Shown: positions 24,447 through 37,345, numbered from the stretch's first letter. The stretch is DNA of 64,000 nt from Mobula hypostoma (GCF_963921235.1 NC_086105.1:148242001-148306000); one strand, 5' to 3'. Notes: generated by a model not told the origin, from the letters alone. Program-made: numbers and translations.

Positions 24447-24537
24447 CTGAGAGAGGGAAGGTGCCAACATCAGCACTCCAGACACGAGGTTCTGCAGGTG
24501 CCAGAAATCCAGAGCAACAGCCCACACAAAGGGGCAG

Positions 24538-24735
24538 CAAGGTGGTGTAGTGTAGTGGTTAGCACAATCTGTACAGTACCAGTGACCCAGGTTCAATTCC
24601 CACCGCTGTCTGTAAGGAGTTTGTTTGTTCTCCCCGTGACTACACGGGTGTCCCGGTTTCCTCCCACAGTCCAAACACGGACCTGTTGGTAGGTTAATTG
24701 GTCATTCTAAATGGTCTCGTGATTAGGCTGGGGTT
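24538..24735 (+). mobile_element. tRNA-derived (V-type) SINE; other copies at ~6060-6295, 6790-7070, 14915-15040, 16262-16470, 18175-18410, 20145-20360, 28890-29070, 37125-37330, 49070-49220, 55550-55650
   Basis: A box TAGTGTAGTGG, B box GGTTCAATTCC, core TTCTCCCCGTGAC...GGTTTCCTCCCACAGTCCAAA. Confidence 0.85.
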
Positions 24736-24859
24736 GAGTCGGGGGAGGAGGGGTTGTCGGGGGGAGGCTGGGGTTAAGTCAGGGGGAGGCTTAGGAAGGG
24801 GGCAGAAGGCAGATTACGATGGTGGGGTGAGGGGGAAGGAGAACAAGCTGGCAGGTCAG

Positions 24860-25544
24860 ACCAGGTCAGGGTGGGGTGAAGTAAGAAGCTGCGAGGTGAT
24901 TGGTGGAAGAGCTGAAGGAGGAGGAATCTGATTGGTGTGAGAAAGGAAAGGAGGCGGCACCAGAGGGAGGTGATGGGGGGTGGGTCGGGGGTGAGGTGGG
25001 GGGAGAACCAGAATGGGGAAGGGAAAAAGAGAGAAGGGGGAGGAAGAGAAAATAATCAGGATAGCGTAATCGATGCTCATGCCATCAGATTGGAAGCTAC
25101 CTGGAGAAAATATAGGACGTTTTTCCAACTTGAGTTTGGCCTCATCATGACAGTAGATGATTGAGAATGGAAAGTCAAATTGAAACAGGTGACCACCAGG
25201 AGATTCACGCTTTTGTGGCAGACAGAGCAAAGGTTCTCTATGAAGCAGTTCCCTGATTATGTTGCGTCTCACTTATGTAGAGGAGGCCAAACCAGGAGCA
25301 ACAGATACAGCAGGTGACCCCAAAAGACTCAGGGGTGAGGCATTGTCTGCTTGAGGCTGTGAATGGAGGTGAAGGAGGTGGTGAGCAGGCAGGTATAGCA
25401 CTTGCACTACTTGCAGGGATAAGTGTCAGGATGGAGATTAGTGCGGAGAGTTGACTGGATAAGGGAACCACGGAGAGAGCAAACCATACAGAAAGCAAGG
25501 ATGGAAAAAGATCCGTACTCTTCAAAGCCCTCAATCCTCCAGAG
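24860..25544 (-). mobile_element. Penelope-like retroelement fragment (decayed GIY-YIG endonuclease)
   Basis: ESFGVTCCICCSWFGLLYISETQH resembles the V.YCI.CS.CGLLYIGET GIY-YIG motif; followed by a pyrimidine-rich tail. Confidence 0.75.
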
Positions 25545-27372
25545 AGTCTCCCTTCTCCCATCCCATCGGACAGAATACCCACACGGACAGTCTCTCCTCT
25601 CCCCCGTCCCATCGGACAGAATACCCACACGGACAGTCTCTCCTCTCCCACGCCATCGGACAGAATACCCACATGGACAGTCTCTCCTCTCCCCCGTCCC
25701 ATCGGACAGAATACCCACACGGACAGTCTCTCTTCTCCCACGCCATCGGACAGAATACCCACATGGACAGTCTCTCCCACAGACAGTCTCTCCTCTCCCA
25801 CGCCATCGGACAGAATACCCACACGGACAGTCTCTCCTCTCCCCCGTTCCATTGGACAGAATACCCACACGGACAGTCTCTCCTCTCCCCCGTTCCATCG
25901 GACAGAATACCCACACGGACAGTCTCTCCTCTCCCCCATCCCATTGGGCAGAATACCCACACGGACAGTCTCTCCTCTCCCCCGTTCCATTGGACAGAAT
26001 ACCCACAGACCGTCTCTCCTCTCCCACGCCATCAGACAGAATACCCACACAGACCGTCTCTCCTCCCCCGTCCTATCAGACAGAATACCCACACGGACAG
26101 TCTCTCCTCTCCCCCGTCCCATCGGACAGAATACCCACACGGACAGTCTCTCTCCTCCCACGCCATCGGACAGAATACCCACATGGACAGTCTCTCCCAC
26201 AGACAGTCTCTCCTCTCCCACGCATCGGACAGAATACCCACATGGACAGTCTCTCCCACAGACAGTCTCTCCTCTCCCCCGTCCCATCGGACAGAATACC
26301 CACACGGACAGTCTCTCCTCTCCCCCATTCCATTGGACAGAATACCCACACGGACAGTCTCTCCTCCCCCGTCCCACCGGACAGAATACCCACCCGGACA
26401 GTCTCTCCTCCCCCGTCCCACCAGACAGAATACCCACCCGGACAGTCTCTCCTCTCCCCCGTCCCATCGGACAGAATACCCACAAGGACAGTCTCTCTTC
26501 TCCCATGCCATCGGACAGAATACCCACACGGACAGTCTCTCCACTCCGCCGTCCCATCGGACAGAATACCCACACGGACAGTCTCTCTTCTCCTATGCCA
26601 TCGGACAGAATACCTACACGGACAGTCTCTCCACTCCCGTCCCATCGGACAGAATACCCACACGGACAGTCTCTCCTCTCCCGTCCCATCGGTCAGAATA
26701 CCCACACGGACAATCTCTCCTCTCCCCCGTCCCATCGGACAGAATACCCACACGGACAGTCTCTCCTCTCTCCCGTCCCACCGGACAGAATACCCACCCG
26801 GACAGTCTCTCCTCTCCCCCGTCCCATCGGACAGAATACCCACACGGACAGTCTCTCCTCTCCCCCGTCCCATCGGACAGAATACCCACACGGACAGTCT
26901 CTCTTCTCCCCCGTCCCATCGGACAGAATACCCACACGGACAGTCTCTCCTCTCCCCCGTCCCATCGGACAGAATACCCACACGGACAGTCTCTCCTCTC
27001 CCCCGTCCCATCAGGCAGAATACCCACACGGACAGTCTCTCCTCTCTCCCGTCCCATCGGACAGAATACCCACACGGACAGTCTCTCCTCTCTCCCGTCC
27101 CATCGGACAGAATACCCACACGGATAGTCTCTGCTCTCCCATCCCTTCGGACAGAATACCCACACGGATAGTCTCTCCTCTCCCGTCCCTTCGGACAGAA
27201 TACCCACATGGTCGGTCTCTCCTCCCCCGTCCTACCAGACAGAATACCCACACGGACAGTCTCTCCTCCCCTGTCCCATCAGACAGAATACCCACATGGA
27301 CAGTCTCTCCTCCCGTCCCATTGGACAGAATACCCACACGGACAGTCTCTCTCCTCTCCCCCCATCCCATCA
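25545..27372. repeat. ~44-47-bp VNTR/minisatellite (~39 copies) in a Kelch-gene intron
   Basis: Unit CCCATCGGACAGAATACCCACACGGACAGTCTCTCCTCTCCCCCGT with length variants. Confidence 0.98.
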
Positions 27373-27390
27373 GGCCACTGTGCCCATTAC

Positions 27391-27519
27391 CTAGTTCAGA
27401 ACGAGCCTCGTTCATTGGGAACATCTCATGCCACATGTTATAGCAGGGGTCATAACGCCACATGTCCTTGCTGGGAGACCCATCGGGATACTCCCCTCCG
27501 GCCACATACAGCGTGTTAC
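27391..27519 (-). CDS. Kelch-like protein coding exon 4 (Kelch 2)
   Basis: ctctgcacag|GNTLYVAGGEYPDGSPSKDMWRYDPCYNMWHEMFPMNEARSEL|gtaatg; 129 nt. Confidence 0.94.
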
Positions 27520-28068
27520 CTGTGCAGAGTGAGAAAATGGCTACTGTTACTGTCCGAGTACCTGGTCACCTGCCTAAGGGAGAGATACAGAGACCACTTA
27601 CAAGGATGTTGCCCAGACTTGGGGAACGGAGTTTAGAGAAAGGTTGAATAGCTTAGGACTTTAGACCCTGGAGAATGAGAGATGATTTGAGAGAGGTATT
27701 CAAATTTATGAGGGGTCTAGATAGGGTAAATGGTGTTTTTCAGAGGTTGGGTGAGACCAGAGGTCATGGGATAAGGGTGAAAGGTGAAATGTTTAAGGGG
27801 AACCTGTTCACTCAGAGGGTGGTGAGAATGTGGAACGAGCTGCCAGCAGAAGTGGGTTTGATTCCAACATCTCAGAAAAGTTTGTAGAAGTTGGCCGAAG
27901 GCCAGTTTCCACACTCTGGTGGGGGGGGGGGGGGGGGGAGAGTGGTTGGAGATGAGAGACTGATGGGAGAGGGTATGGACCCATGGACCCAGTTGGTCAA
28001 ACAGATTCTTTAGCGGTACATCGCGAAGTGGCTACTAAATGAAAAGTGGTTCTTCGTCCTCAGCCTAC

Positions 28069-28215
28069 CTGATGCAACCAGCCCGTGTTTACTGATGGCA
28101 AAGGGCAAACAAGACAGACACTTCCATTCACGGCCAATGGGATCGAAGGATTCCACACACCGCAGAACCACCTTGTCATCTTCCCCGCCAGCCACAACGA
28201 TCACTTCGTTTATCC
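28069..28215 (-). CDS. Kelch-like protein coding exon 3 (Kelch 1)
   Basis: ctttgcag|GINEVIVVAGGEDDKVVLRCVESFDPIGREWKCLSCLPFAISKHGLVAS|gtaggc; 147 nt, phase 1/1. Confidence 0.94.
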
Positions 28216-29902
28216 CTGCAAAGCACAGAACACCAGCTCCAATGAAGGTTCACGCCGCCATAGCAGATGTGGACCTCCTGGGGGTCCCTTAACTATTTCA
28301 GCTAATACCCGGCCGGTGTACGGCCAATGGGCGCTACAGAAATTCAGTCACTGTTGCCACATTGGAAATGCAACAGCTAATTTAAAATTAGATCAGTTAA
28401 AGCTGCCAGCAGAATCAAAAACCCCACACACCCCAGACTTTCTCTCTTCTCCCATCTTCCATCGGGCAGAAAATACAAAAGCCTGAAAGCACGTAGCACC
28501 AGGCTCAAAGACAGCCTCTACTCCACTGTTATCAGACTATCAGTGGCCTCCTGGTACAATAAAATGGATTCTTCACCTCACAGTCTACCTAGTTATGATC
28601 TTGCATCTTATTGTTTCCCCGCGCTGCCCTTTCTTTGTCGTTGTTACACTTTATTCTGCATTGTTATTGTTTTACCTTGTCCTACCTCAAGGCTCTGTGT
28701 AATGGTCTGATCTGTATGAACAGTATGCATCAGAAGTTTTTCACTCTATCTCCATACATGTGACAATAATTAACCAATGCCAAAAGACCAGCAGGCCATG
28801 AAGTTCTTTGCTTGTGTGGAGCGTAGTACGCACGATAAAAAGAAATATGACAATGACAATATTGTTGGGTATTGTGACATCATTACAGCTCAGGGCGGAG
28901 TTCAGAGTTCAGAGTTCAAATCCACTGCCTCTGGAAGGAGTCTGTACGTTCTCCCTGTGACCACGTCGGTTTCCTCCAGGTGCCCCGGTTTCCTCCCACA
29001 GTCCAAAAACGTACCGATTAGTAGGTAATTGGTCATTGAAAATCATCGTGTGATTAGGCTAGGATTAAATCAGGGCGTTTGCTGCTCAGTGTGACTTGAA
29101 GTGCAGAACAGATTGTAGTGTTGTCTCAGATAGTGCCTCTACTTCCCTAGAAGTTTGCGAAGATTTGGCATGTCATCTGAAATTTTGACAAACTACTACA
29201 GATGTGTGGTGGAGAGTATACTGACTGGCTGCATCACAGCCTGCTATGGAAACACCAATGACCTTGACAGAAATTCTTACAAAAAGTAGTGGACACAGCC
29301 CAGACCATCATGGGTACAGCCCTCCTCAGCACTGAGCCTATCTACACAGAGAACTGTCGCAGGAAAGCAGCATCCATCATTAAGGACCCCCATCACCAGG
29401 ACGTGCCCTCTTCTCATTGCTACCATCAGGGAGGAGGTTCAGGAGCCTGAAGGCACACACTCAGCGATTCAGTAACAGCTTCTTCCCCTCCACCACACGA
29501 TTTCTGAATGGGCATTGAACCCATGAATACTACCTCACTATTTTTTTTTCCAATTTTTGGGTAGCAGAGGGAAGGAAAGCCTTGCATCTCCTTTGGTAGA
29601 GACGCATCTCCACCTCACCATCGGAATGTAGAGTATATTTTATGTATGACACTGTACCGCTGCAGCAAATCAAATTCACAAGATACTGTATGTCAGTGGT
29701 TCTGAAGGTCTCATTGCCCATCAAAACTGGGTTCAAGTGCAACAGCCTCTGACCAGATTACACAGTCTTAGGGAAAGGCATTTCACACATTTCAGAGGGT
29801 CTCGCCTGACATCCTACAGGCTGGAGAAGGAGCTATACAAATGCACATTCTAGGGATGGGCTGCGGGGGAGCGGTTTGGGGCACAGACACTCCAGCGTTC
29901 AC

Positions 29903-30089
29903 CTGTTGACCTCCGCGGCCTGGTCCGGGGGCCAAAGATCTCGCCTCGTCGGTCTTGTAACAACAGGTAGTCCTTGGCCTCTGCGATCAGTCGCTGGCAC
30001 GGGAGAGAGTCGTGGATAACGCTCTGCGGTTCGATGACATCATGGATGTAGTACGGACTGATCAAGGGCAGGCGGACATGCTCCAGGAT
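29903..30089 (-). CDS. Kelch-like protein coding exon 2 (BACK end and linker)
   Basis: ttcctcctcag|ILEHVRLPLISPYYIHDVIE...EAKDYLLLQDRRGEIFGPRTRPRRSTG|gtgaac; 187 nt. Confidence 0.94.
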
Positions 30090-30928
30090 CTGAGGAGGAA
30101 TTATGCACAGTTTATGCTAATTTGTATTAATTTACACCTCATTACCATGTCATGACTGTGCTGCTGTTGCCAAAAGCCAATTTTCAGTGCCTTTATACCA
30201 TATACATGTAGGGCCTTCAAGACGATAAACTTGAACTTGAGGCTGTCTGTTCCTCCTCCCCCTTTAGATGCTCTTTCCCACACTACCAAAGTCACAGCAC
30301 CCTCCCCATCTATCCATTACCAGCCACAAGACCATTAAACAATCAGGCCACTCAGCCCAAGTCTGCTCCAATATTCCGAGGCAGATTTACTATCCCTCTC
30401 AACCCCATTCTCCTGCCTTCTCTCCATAACCTTTGACACTCTGACTAACCAAGAACCTATCAACCTCTGCTTTAAATATACCCAATGATTTGGCCTCTCA
30501 GCCGTCTGTGGCAATGAATTCCAGAGATTCACCTCCCTCTGGCTAAAGAGATTCATCATCTCCATTCTAAAAACCCTTCTATTCTGAGGCTGTGCCCACC
30601 GGTCAGAGACAATCCCACTACAGGAAGCATCCTCTCCCCACCACTGGCTAGACCTTTTGATATTCTGTGGTCTCAGCCCAAAATGTTAATGGCTCATTTC
30701 TCTGCACAGACACTGCCTGGCCCCCTGAATTCCTGTACATAGACAGGAAAGGCCTAGACCAGGTGCTCCCAACCTGGGGTCCACAGACCACCAGGTTAAT
30801 GGCAGGGATCCAGGGCATATATAAAAAAATAAATCGGGAACCCTTGGCTTAGTGGGACAAGCTGGGTCAGCCAGGACCTATCAGGCCAAAAGCCTCCAAA
30901 TACAGCAGGAACACCCTCCCCCACTCAC

Positions 30929-31579
30929 CTTCTCAAAGACCAGTTTCCTCGATTGGTCCCTCTCCAGCCAGAGGAGCACGGCGTCAAAGACCATCTCCTC
31001 CCGGGAGACGTTCAGGTCGTCGTTGGAGATGATCTGGGCCAGCTTCTCGGCAGAGAGAGCGAGAAACTCCTCCTGTGTGCGGACGGCGCAGAAGTGGTGA
31101 AGGATGTAGGCCAGGCTCTTGGCCTGCAGCTCATCGCAGGAGTGGGCCTCAGCGAAGCAGTGGATGCCCACACAGTTGGTCTCGTCCATCTGCCGCTCCA
31201 GGAACTGGCAGCAGGCCTCCCTCACCGGGCCGATGTCCAGGAGGTTAGCGGCAGCCAGAAGGCCCTGGACATTAGCCCCGGAGATGTGCAGCCGGCCAGA
31301 GTAGCAGTAGCCCAGCAGCAGACCGATCATCTGTGGCTCCAGCCCGTTGACCGCCACACGTTCCTGCCGCGACTCCTGAAACCCCACCGAGAACATGGCC
31401 CGGAAGTAGGAACTGGAGGAAGCCAATACGATGCGGTGACAGGGGAACTCCTGTCCCCCACAGCACAGTGTCACATCACAAAACGCCTGCTTCTGCCACA
31501 GGCTGTGCAGACCCTCCAACACTCTGCCCGAATGACCTGGCTCCTGGAAGTCACAACCCTCGACCTCCGCGTGGTCCAT
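30929..31579 (-). CDS. Kelch-like protein, first coding exon (BTB and most of BACK); exon acceptor at 31616
   Basis: MDHAEVEG...FCDVTLCCGGQEFPCHRIVLASSSSYFRAMFS...NCVGIHCFAEAHSC...LNVSREEMVFDAVLLWLE...FEK|gtgagt; acceptor ctctctggttctag at 31618-31617. Confidence 0.95.
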
Positions 31580-32324
31580 CGAGTCCACTGCGGTCAAATC
31601 TATGTCGCCCGCTTCCCTAGAACCAGAGAGAGGAAAATCAGCTTATAACATCCTCTGAGGCTTTAGAAGGCATTGGGCAGACCACCCCTGGAGTACTGAG
31701 ACCCGATTTGGGCCCCTTATCTGAAAAAAGGATATGCCGGCATTGGAGAGGGTCCAGAGGAGGTTCACAAGAATGATCTGAGGAATAAAGGGTTAATGTA
31801 TGAGGAGCGTTTGATGTCTCAGGGACTGTACTCGCTGGAGTTTATTAGAATGATGGGGGGAATCTCACTGAAACCTATTGAATATTGAAAGACCTCAACA
31901 GAGTGGATGTAGAGAGGATGTTATAGTGGGGAAGCCTAAGACCAGAGGGCACAGCCTCGGGACATCCTTTTAGAACAAGATGAGGAGGAATTTCTTTAGC
32001 CAGAGGATGATGAATCTATGGAATTCATTGCCACAGACGGCTGTGGAGGCCAAGTCATTAAGTATATTTAAAGTGAAGGCTGATAGATTCTTGCTTAGTC
32101 AGGATGTCAAAGGTTACGGGGAGAAGGCAGGAGATTGGGGTTGAGTGGAATAAAATCAGCCATGATGGATTGGCAGAGCAGTTTTGATGGGCTGAATGGC
32201 CTCATTACTCCCCTTTGTTTTAGCCACAGGGGCAGGATTAGGCAATTCATCCCTTTGACTTTCCCACTAAAAGAAACATCCTCTCCACTTTCACTATCTG
32301 GGCCTTTCGATATTGAATAGGTTT

Positions 32325-33125
32325 CAAAGTTCAGAGTAAGTGTATTATCAAAGTACATAAATGTCACCATATACAATCCTGAGATTAACTTTCTTGCTGC
32401 ATATTCAATAAATCTATAATAGAATAATAACCATAACAGCATCAATGAAAGACTGCACCAACTTGGTGTTCAACCAGTCTGCAAAGGACAACAAACTCTG
32501 CAAATACAAAAATAATAATATGAAATAAATAAGCAATGAATATTGCGAATATGAGATGAAGTGAGTCCATGGGTTCAGTGATGGGACGTGAGGTTAAGTG
32601 AAGAACCTGATGTTTGAGGGGTAATAGCTGTTCCTGAACCTGGTGGTGTCCTCCTGTACCTCCTTCCTGATGGCAGCAGTGAGGACAGAGCATGTCCTGA
32701 GTGGTGGGGGTCCTTGATGATGGACGCTGCTTTCCTGTGACAGTGTTTCATGTAGGTGTGTTCAATGGGGGAGGGAGAGTTTTACCCATGATATACTGAG
32801 CCATATCCACTACTTTTTGAAGGATTTCCCATACAAGGGTATTGGTGTTTCCATAGCAGGCAGTGATGCAGCCAGTCAATACACTTCTATAGAAATTTGT
32901 CACAGTTTTAGATGCCAAGCTGATTTTTTGCAATCTCCTAAGGAAGTACGGTTGCTGCCGTGCTTTCTTTGTAATTACATTTACATGCAGGTCCCAGGAC
33001 AGGTCCTCCAAAATAACGCCAAGGAATTCAAAGTTGCTGACCTTCTCCACCTCTGATCCCCAATAAGGACTAGCTCATGGACCTCCAGTTTCCTCTGCCT
33101 GAAGTCAGTAATCAGCTCCCTGGTC
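32325..33125 (-). mobile_element. Rex1/Babar-type LINE, longer 3' fragment
   Basis: EKVSNFEFLGVILEDLSWDLHVNVITKKARQQPYFLRRL...FYRSVLTGCITACYGN. Confidence 0.82.
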
Positions 33126-34642
33126 AAACCCCTCCCTCCCCCACCTCATATGTTAATCCTTCCATTCCTGGGGATCATTCTTGTGAACCCCTTCTGGACT
33201 CTCTCCAATGCCAGTAAATCCTTTTAGACAAGGAGCCCACAGCTGCTCACAATACTCCAAGTGCAGTCTGACCAACACCTTACAAAGCTTCAGCATTACA
33301 TCCTTGCTTCTATATTCTAGTCCTCTCCAAATGGATGCTAACATCACATTTACCTTCCTCACCACCGACTGAACCTGCAAGTTAAGCTTCAGGGAATCCT
33401 GCACAAGGATTTTGGCCCCTGGGCACCTCAGAATTCTGTATTTTTCCTGTTTATAAGTCTACCCCTTTAACCAATTTCCCCCTGGGATCAATAAAGTATG
33501 ACTATGACTATTCCTTCCCCCAAAGTGCCTGCCTGTACATTTCCTAACAAAGTACCCCATCGGCCACTTTGCCCATTCTCCCAATCTGTCCAAATCCTTC
33601 TGCAGACACCCTGCTTCCTGCATCATTTTAGAGACCCACAGAGACAGTGTTATTTGCAATACAAGAATTCTTTATTCCAGTGAAGCTACTCAGTTTAAGA
33701 TTTGACACTTAATACAACAGAAGGCAGGCAAGCCTAAGACAATGGCACTTTCACACAACATTAATGAGCCAAGGCAGATCGTGGGGGAAGAGAAACTAAG
33801 TTCAAATTTATTATTAAAATACATCTATGGGACCATATACAACCCCAAGCTCTCTTTTCTTGCGGGTATTCATAGTAAATAAAACCACAATCGAATCAAC
33901 GAGAAAACGCACCTGACAAGACAATGTGCAAAAGATAACAAATTGCAAAATCAGAAAAGAAAAAACTAAATCATAATAAACAAAAAAAGCAAAAATATGG
34001 AGAACGTGAGATGAAGGGGCCTTGCAAGCGAGTCCATAGGTTGTGGAATCAGTTGACTGAAGTTATCCACGCTGATTCCAGAGCCTGATGGTTGAGGGGT
34101 GATAAATGTTCCTGAACCTGCCGGTGTGGGACCCGAGGCTCCTGTGCCTCCTGCCCGATGGCAGCGGTGGGAAGGTAAAGGAACTGGGGACTGGCATTTG
34201 CACCGGGCGGTCAGGGGTGGAGGGGAACTGCTGCTCAGACACGCAGCGCTGAAAGACAGCGAGAGACGGGGAACGAGCAACCGGCGTTCGCCGACACAGC
34301 CAAGTAGCCACGACACTCTCACTGCCGGAGAGAAGATCGGTACAGATTCGCGATGACACCGGGGTCACTCCCCCGCGGAACCACACACCCCTTCCCAAGA
34401 CAGAAGCTCCCTCCCCACTACTACATTTACTTCAGCAGCTCTCGAGTGATACACGGAAACTTTGTCCTCCTGTTTACAGTAATGAACGCATGTTGCAACG
34501 TTGCCCATTTAAACAAAACAGCCGTCCCGCAACCCATGCTTACACTGTGTCAGTCCCGGGTAGCCGGGGCAACTGTCAATCACCCACTCCCCAGGACCCG
34601 GAACAACTGTCAATCACCCAGGCACCCCCACACCGCACCTAC

Positions 34643-34730
34643 CTGCACTTCCCCACAATAAAAACTCCGTCCGGAAGCGGAAACCACAGTCCAGTCTTTT
34701 ATTTCCGCCAATTTGGCGCCACCCAATGCA
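34643..34730 (-). promoter_or_regulatory. Probable promoter and noncoding first exon of the Kelch gene
   Basis: CpG-enriched 34200-34730; tandem ETS CCGGAAGCGGAA 34671-34682; E2F-like TTTCCGCCAA/TTTGGCGCC 34702-34720; CCAAT boxes; minus-strand donor CAG|GTAGGT at 34642. Confidence 0.65.
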
Positions 34731-36447
34731 GCACCTAGGGGAGGGGGCTTTGCAAAAGTTAAAGCTGACTTGGTGGTCGATTCAGGCCTTGGGTCTCTTT
34801 TCCAGCCTTGCAAGTGATCCAGTTAGCCCTGCGCACTGTGCTCTTACGCCAGAGTTGGCAAAGTTTCCTCCTTCAAACGTGTATCCAATCATCTCTCAAA
34901 GTTATGTTTGAATCTGCCCGCAGTGTCCTTTAAGGCAATGCGTTTATATCCCATTAACTGTACAGAAAAGGGGGTGTCCATTTAAAATTACTAGAACGTA
35001 CACATTTATTTAATCTGTACGCAAGATTAATATTGGGCGCTCCTAACTCAGGGCTTCGAACCGGAACGTCGGCAATTCCTTCCAAAGGCGCTGTTCGTCC
35101 GGAGTTCCTCCAGCAGATTGTTGGTTAATTAACATAAAGCATATGGTTATGTGCATAATATATATTAATGCAAGGACAAAATTAATATTTCTCTCTCTCA
35201 GTTCAGATAAATGGTTTAAACGTTAACTGGTTCCAGAGACGCTGCCCAACCTATCTTAAAACAGTTACAGTTTTTAATATTATTACTGCAAGGTATCTAT
35301 GGAATGGATTTGCAAAAATTATTTTTTAAATGACAGAAAGACGATTCTGATTAGCACCATCCTCTAAATCAACAACATCCTGAACTATAGAGCCTGCATT
35401 AGTTCATATCCAGAAACACACGAGATTCTGCAGGTGTTGGAAATCCAGAGCAACACACACAAAATGCTGGAGGAACTCAGCAAGGCAGACAGCATCCATG
35501 GAAGGGAATAAGTTGAAGTTTCTGGCTGACACCCTTCATGAGTCATGATGAAGCATATTGGCCCAAAACATAAGGGCATATGGTACAGAGCAGGAGCAGA
35601 ATTAGGCCATTTGGCCCATCAAGTCTGCTCCATCCACCATGTCATCATGGGTGATCCATCTCCCACTCAGACCCAATCTCCTGCCTTCTCCCCATACCTC
35701 TTCATGCCCTGACCAATCAAGTATCCTGAACGTCTGTCTTAAATGATTTGGCCTCCATTTGGCAACAAATTCCACAGTGTCACTGCTTTCTGGCTAAAGA
35801 AATTGCTCCTCACATCCATTCTAAATGGACATCCTATTCTGAGGCTGTATTCTCTAGTCTTGGACTCTCCCACCATAGGAAACATCCTCTCCACATCCAC
35901 TCTATCATGGCCTTCCAATATTCAATAGATTTCAATGAGTTCCCCCTCTTATTCTTCAGAATTCTCGCGAGTACAAGCCCAGAGCTATCAAACGTCTCTC
36001 CTGTGACAAGCCACTCAATCCTGGAATAATTTTCATGAACCTCCTTTGAACTCTCTCCAGTTTCAGCACATCCTTTTTAAGATAAGGGGCCCAAACCTGC
36101 TCATGTTACTCCAAGTGAGACTTCACCAGTGCTTTATAAAGGCACTCTTAGGTAAGCACGTGGATGATAGAAAGATGGAGGGGTACATAGGAGGGAAGGG
36201 TTAGATCTTGGTGTAGGTTGAGAGGTGGACACAACATCGTGGGCTGAATGGCCTGTACTATTCTACGTTCTGTTCTTCCTTGTCTGCCCTTTAGAGGCAG
36301 GGATGACACAACAGTCCTGAGGAAAACGATGATATAGATGGAGCTTGGAGCTTGACAGGGCGAGTGGGTGGTTTCGTGCATCATTGCCCTTTCCACTGTT
36401 TACACACAGTTTCCATCTGCTGCTGTCAATGTGTTTCCCAACACTCA

Positions 36448-37036
36448 CAGACATCCCACCCTGCAAAAACTCATTTCAGGGAGGTAGCACCATCAGTTTA
36501 CGGGAGACTTCCAGAACTTCCGGGAGAGGTGGGATGTCTGCAATAGAGTAGCTCCTTAGCAGCCAGCCAGCTAGTTTAAATAAGTTAGCTATGCTAATGA
36601 ACGAATGACACCTGTTAAACTCACCTCAACATGTCTTTTACAGTCTTAACCCACCATGGGCAATAGAAAAGTCACTGTTGCAAACAGTGCAGTGAGCAAC
36701 ACTGTCATTATTTTTGACCCCTATTAGGCAGGGGTACACTTTAGTGTAGTCTGGGGTGACGTACATTTTATATTTTCTTTTTTTGGAACACTCTGCTACT
36801 CTGCCTTTTTTTGGAACTCTCTTGCTCTCTCTCTCTCTCTCTCTCTCTCGCTCGTGGTCGCTCTCACTCGCGCTCGCTCTCTCGCGCTTGCTTTCTCGCT
36901 CTTGTTCTCGCTCTCTCTCTCGGTCGGTCTCAAAAAAAATCAATTTCTGGTACATTGTATATAATTTGCGGGCATCAGGGAGCCACTATTAATACGCGGG
37001 AGACTCCCGGAACTTCCGGGAGAGGTGGGATGTCTG
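36448..37036 (-). mobile_element. Non-autonomous hAT transposon with transposase N-terminal remnant and (CT)n tract
   Basis: TIR CAGACATCCCACC (36448) and GGTGGGATGTCTG (ending 36540 and 37036); minus ORF KKRKYK...YPCL...AHCTVCNSDFSIAHGG (BED-like zinc finger). Confidence 0.75.
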
Positions 37037-37345
37037 CGCTCATCCACGAGAGATTCCACCTGTACATGTTTCCGGAAGCCCTTAACGCAGCCGTACGGTG
37101 TTTTCTCTATCGAAGGAAGGCACAGCAGTGTAATGGTGAATGTAACACTTTACAGAGCCAGTCTAGCCGCTGGCCGTAAGGAGTTTGTACGTTCTCCAAG
37201 TGACCAGGTGGGTTTCCTCCACATTCCAAACACGGAGGGATTAATAAGCATTAGTAAAATGTGGCATGCAAAACTTACGGGCTGCCCCCAGCACATCCTC
37301 AGACTGTGACACAAGTTGATGAATTACGCTCTGCTCTTTGGTGTA

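Noticed and set aside
24538-24610. tRNA gene (A and B boxes)
   Set aside because: No cloverleaf; continues into a SINE body present in many copies.
25238-27443. Long ORFs (up to 582 aa) in several frames on both strands
   Set aside because: Produced by the stop-poor minisatellite; periodic peptides with no domain, inside an intron.
30953-31648. 231-aa + strand ORF
   Set aside because: Antisense shadow of the GC-rich BTB exon.
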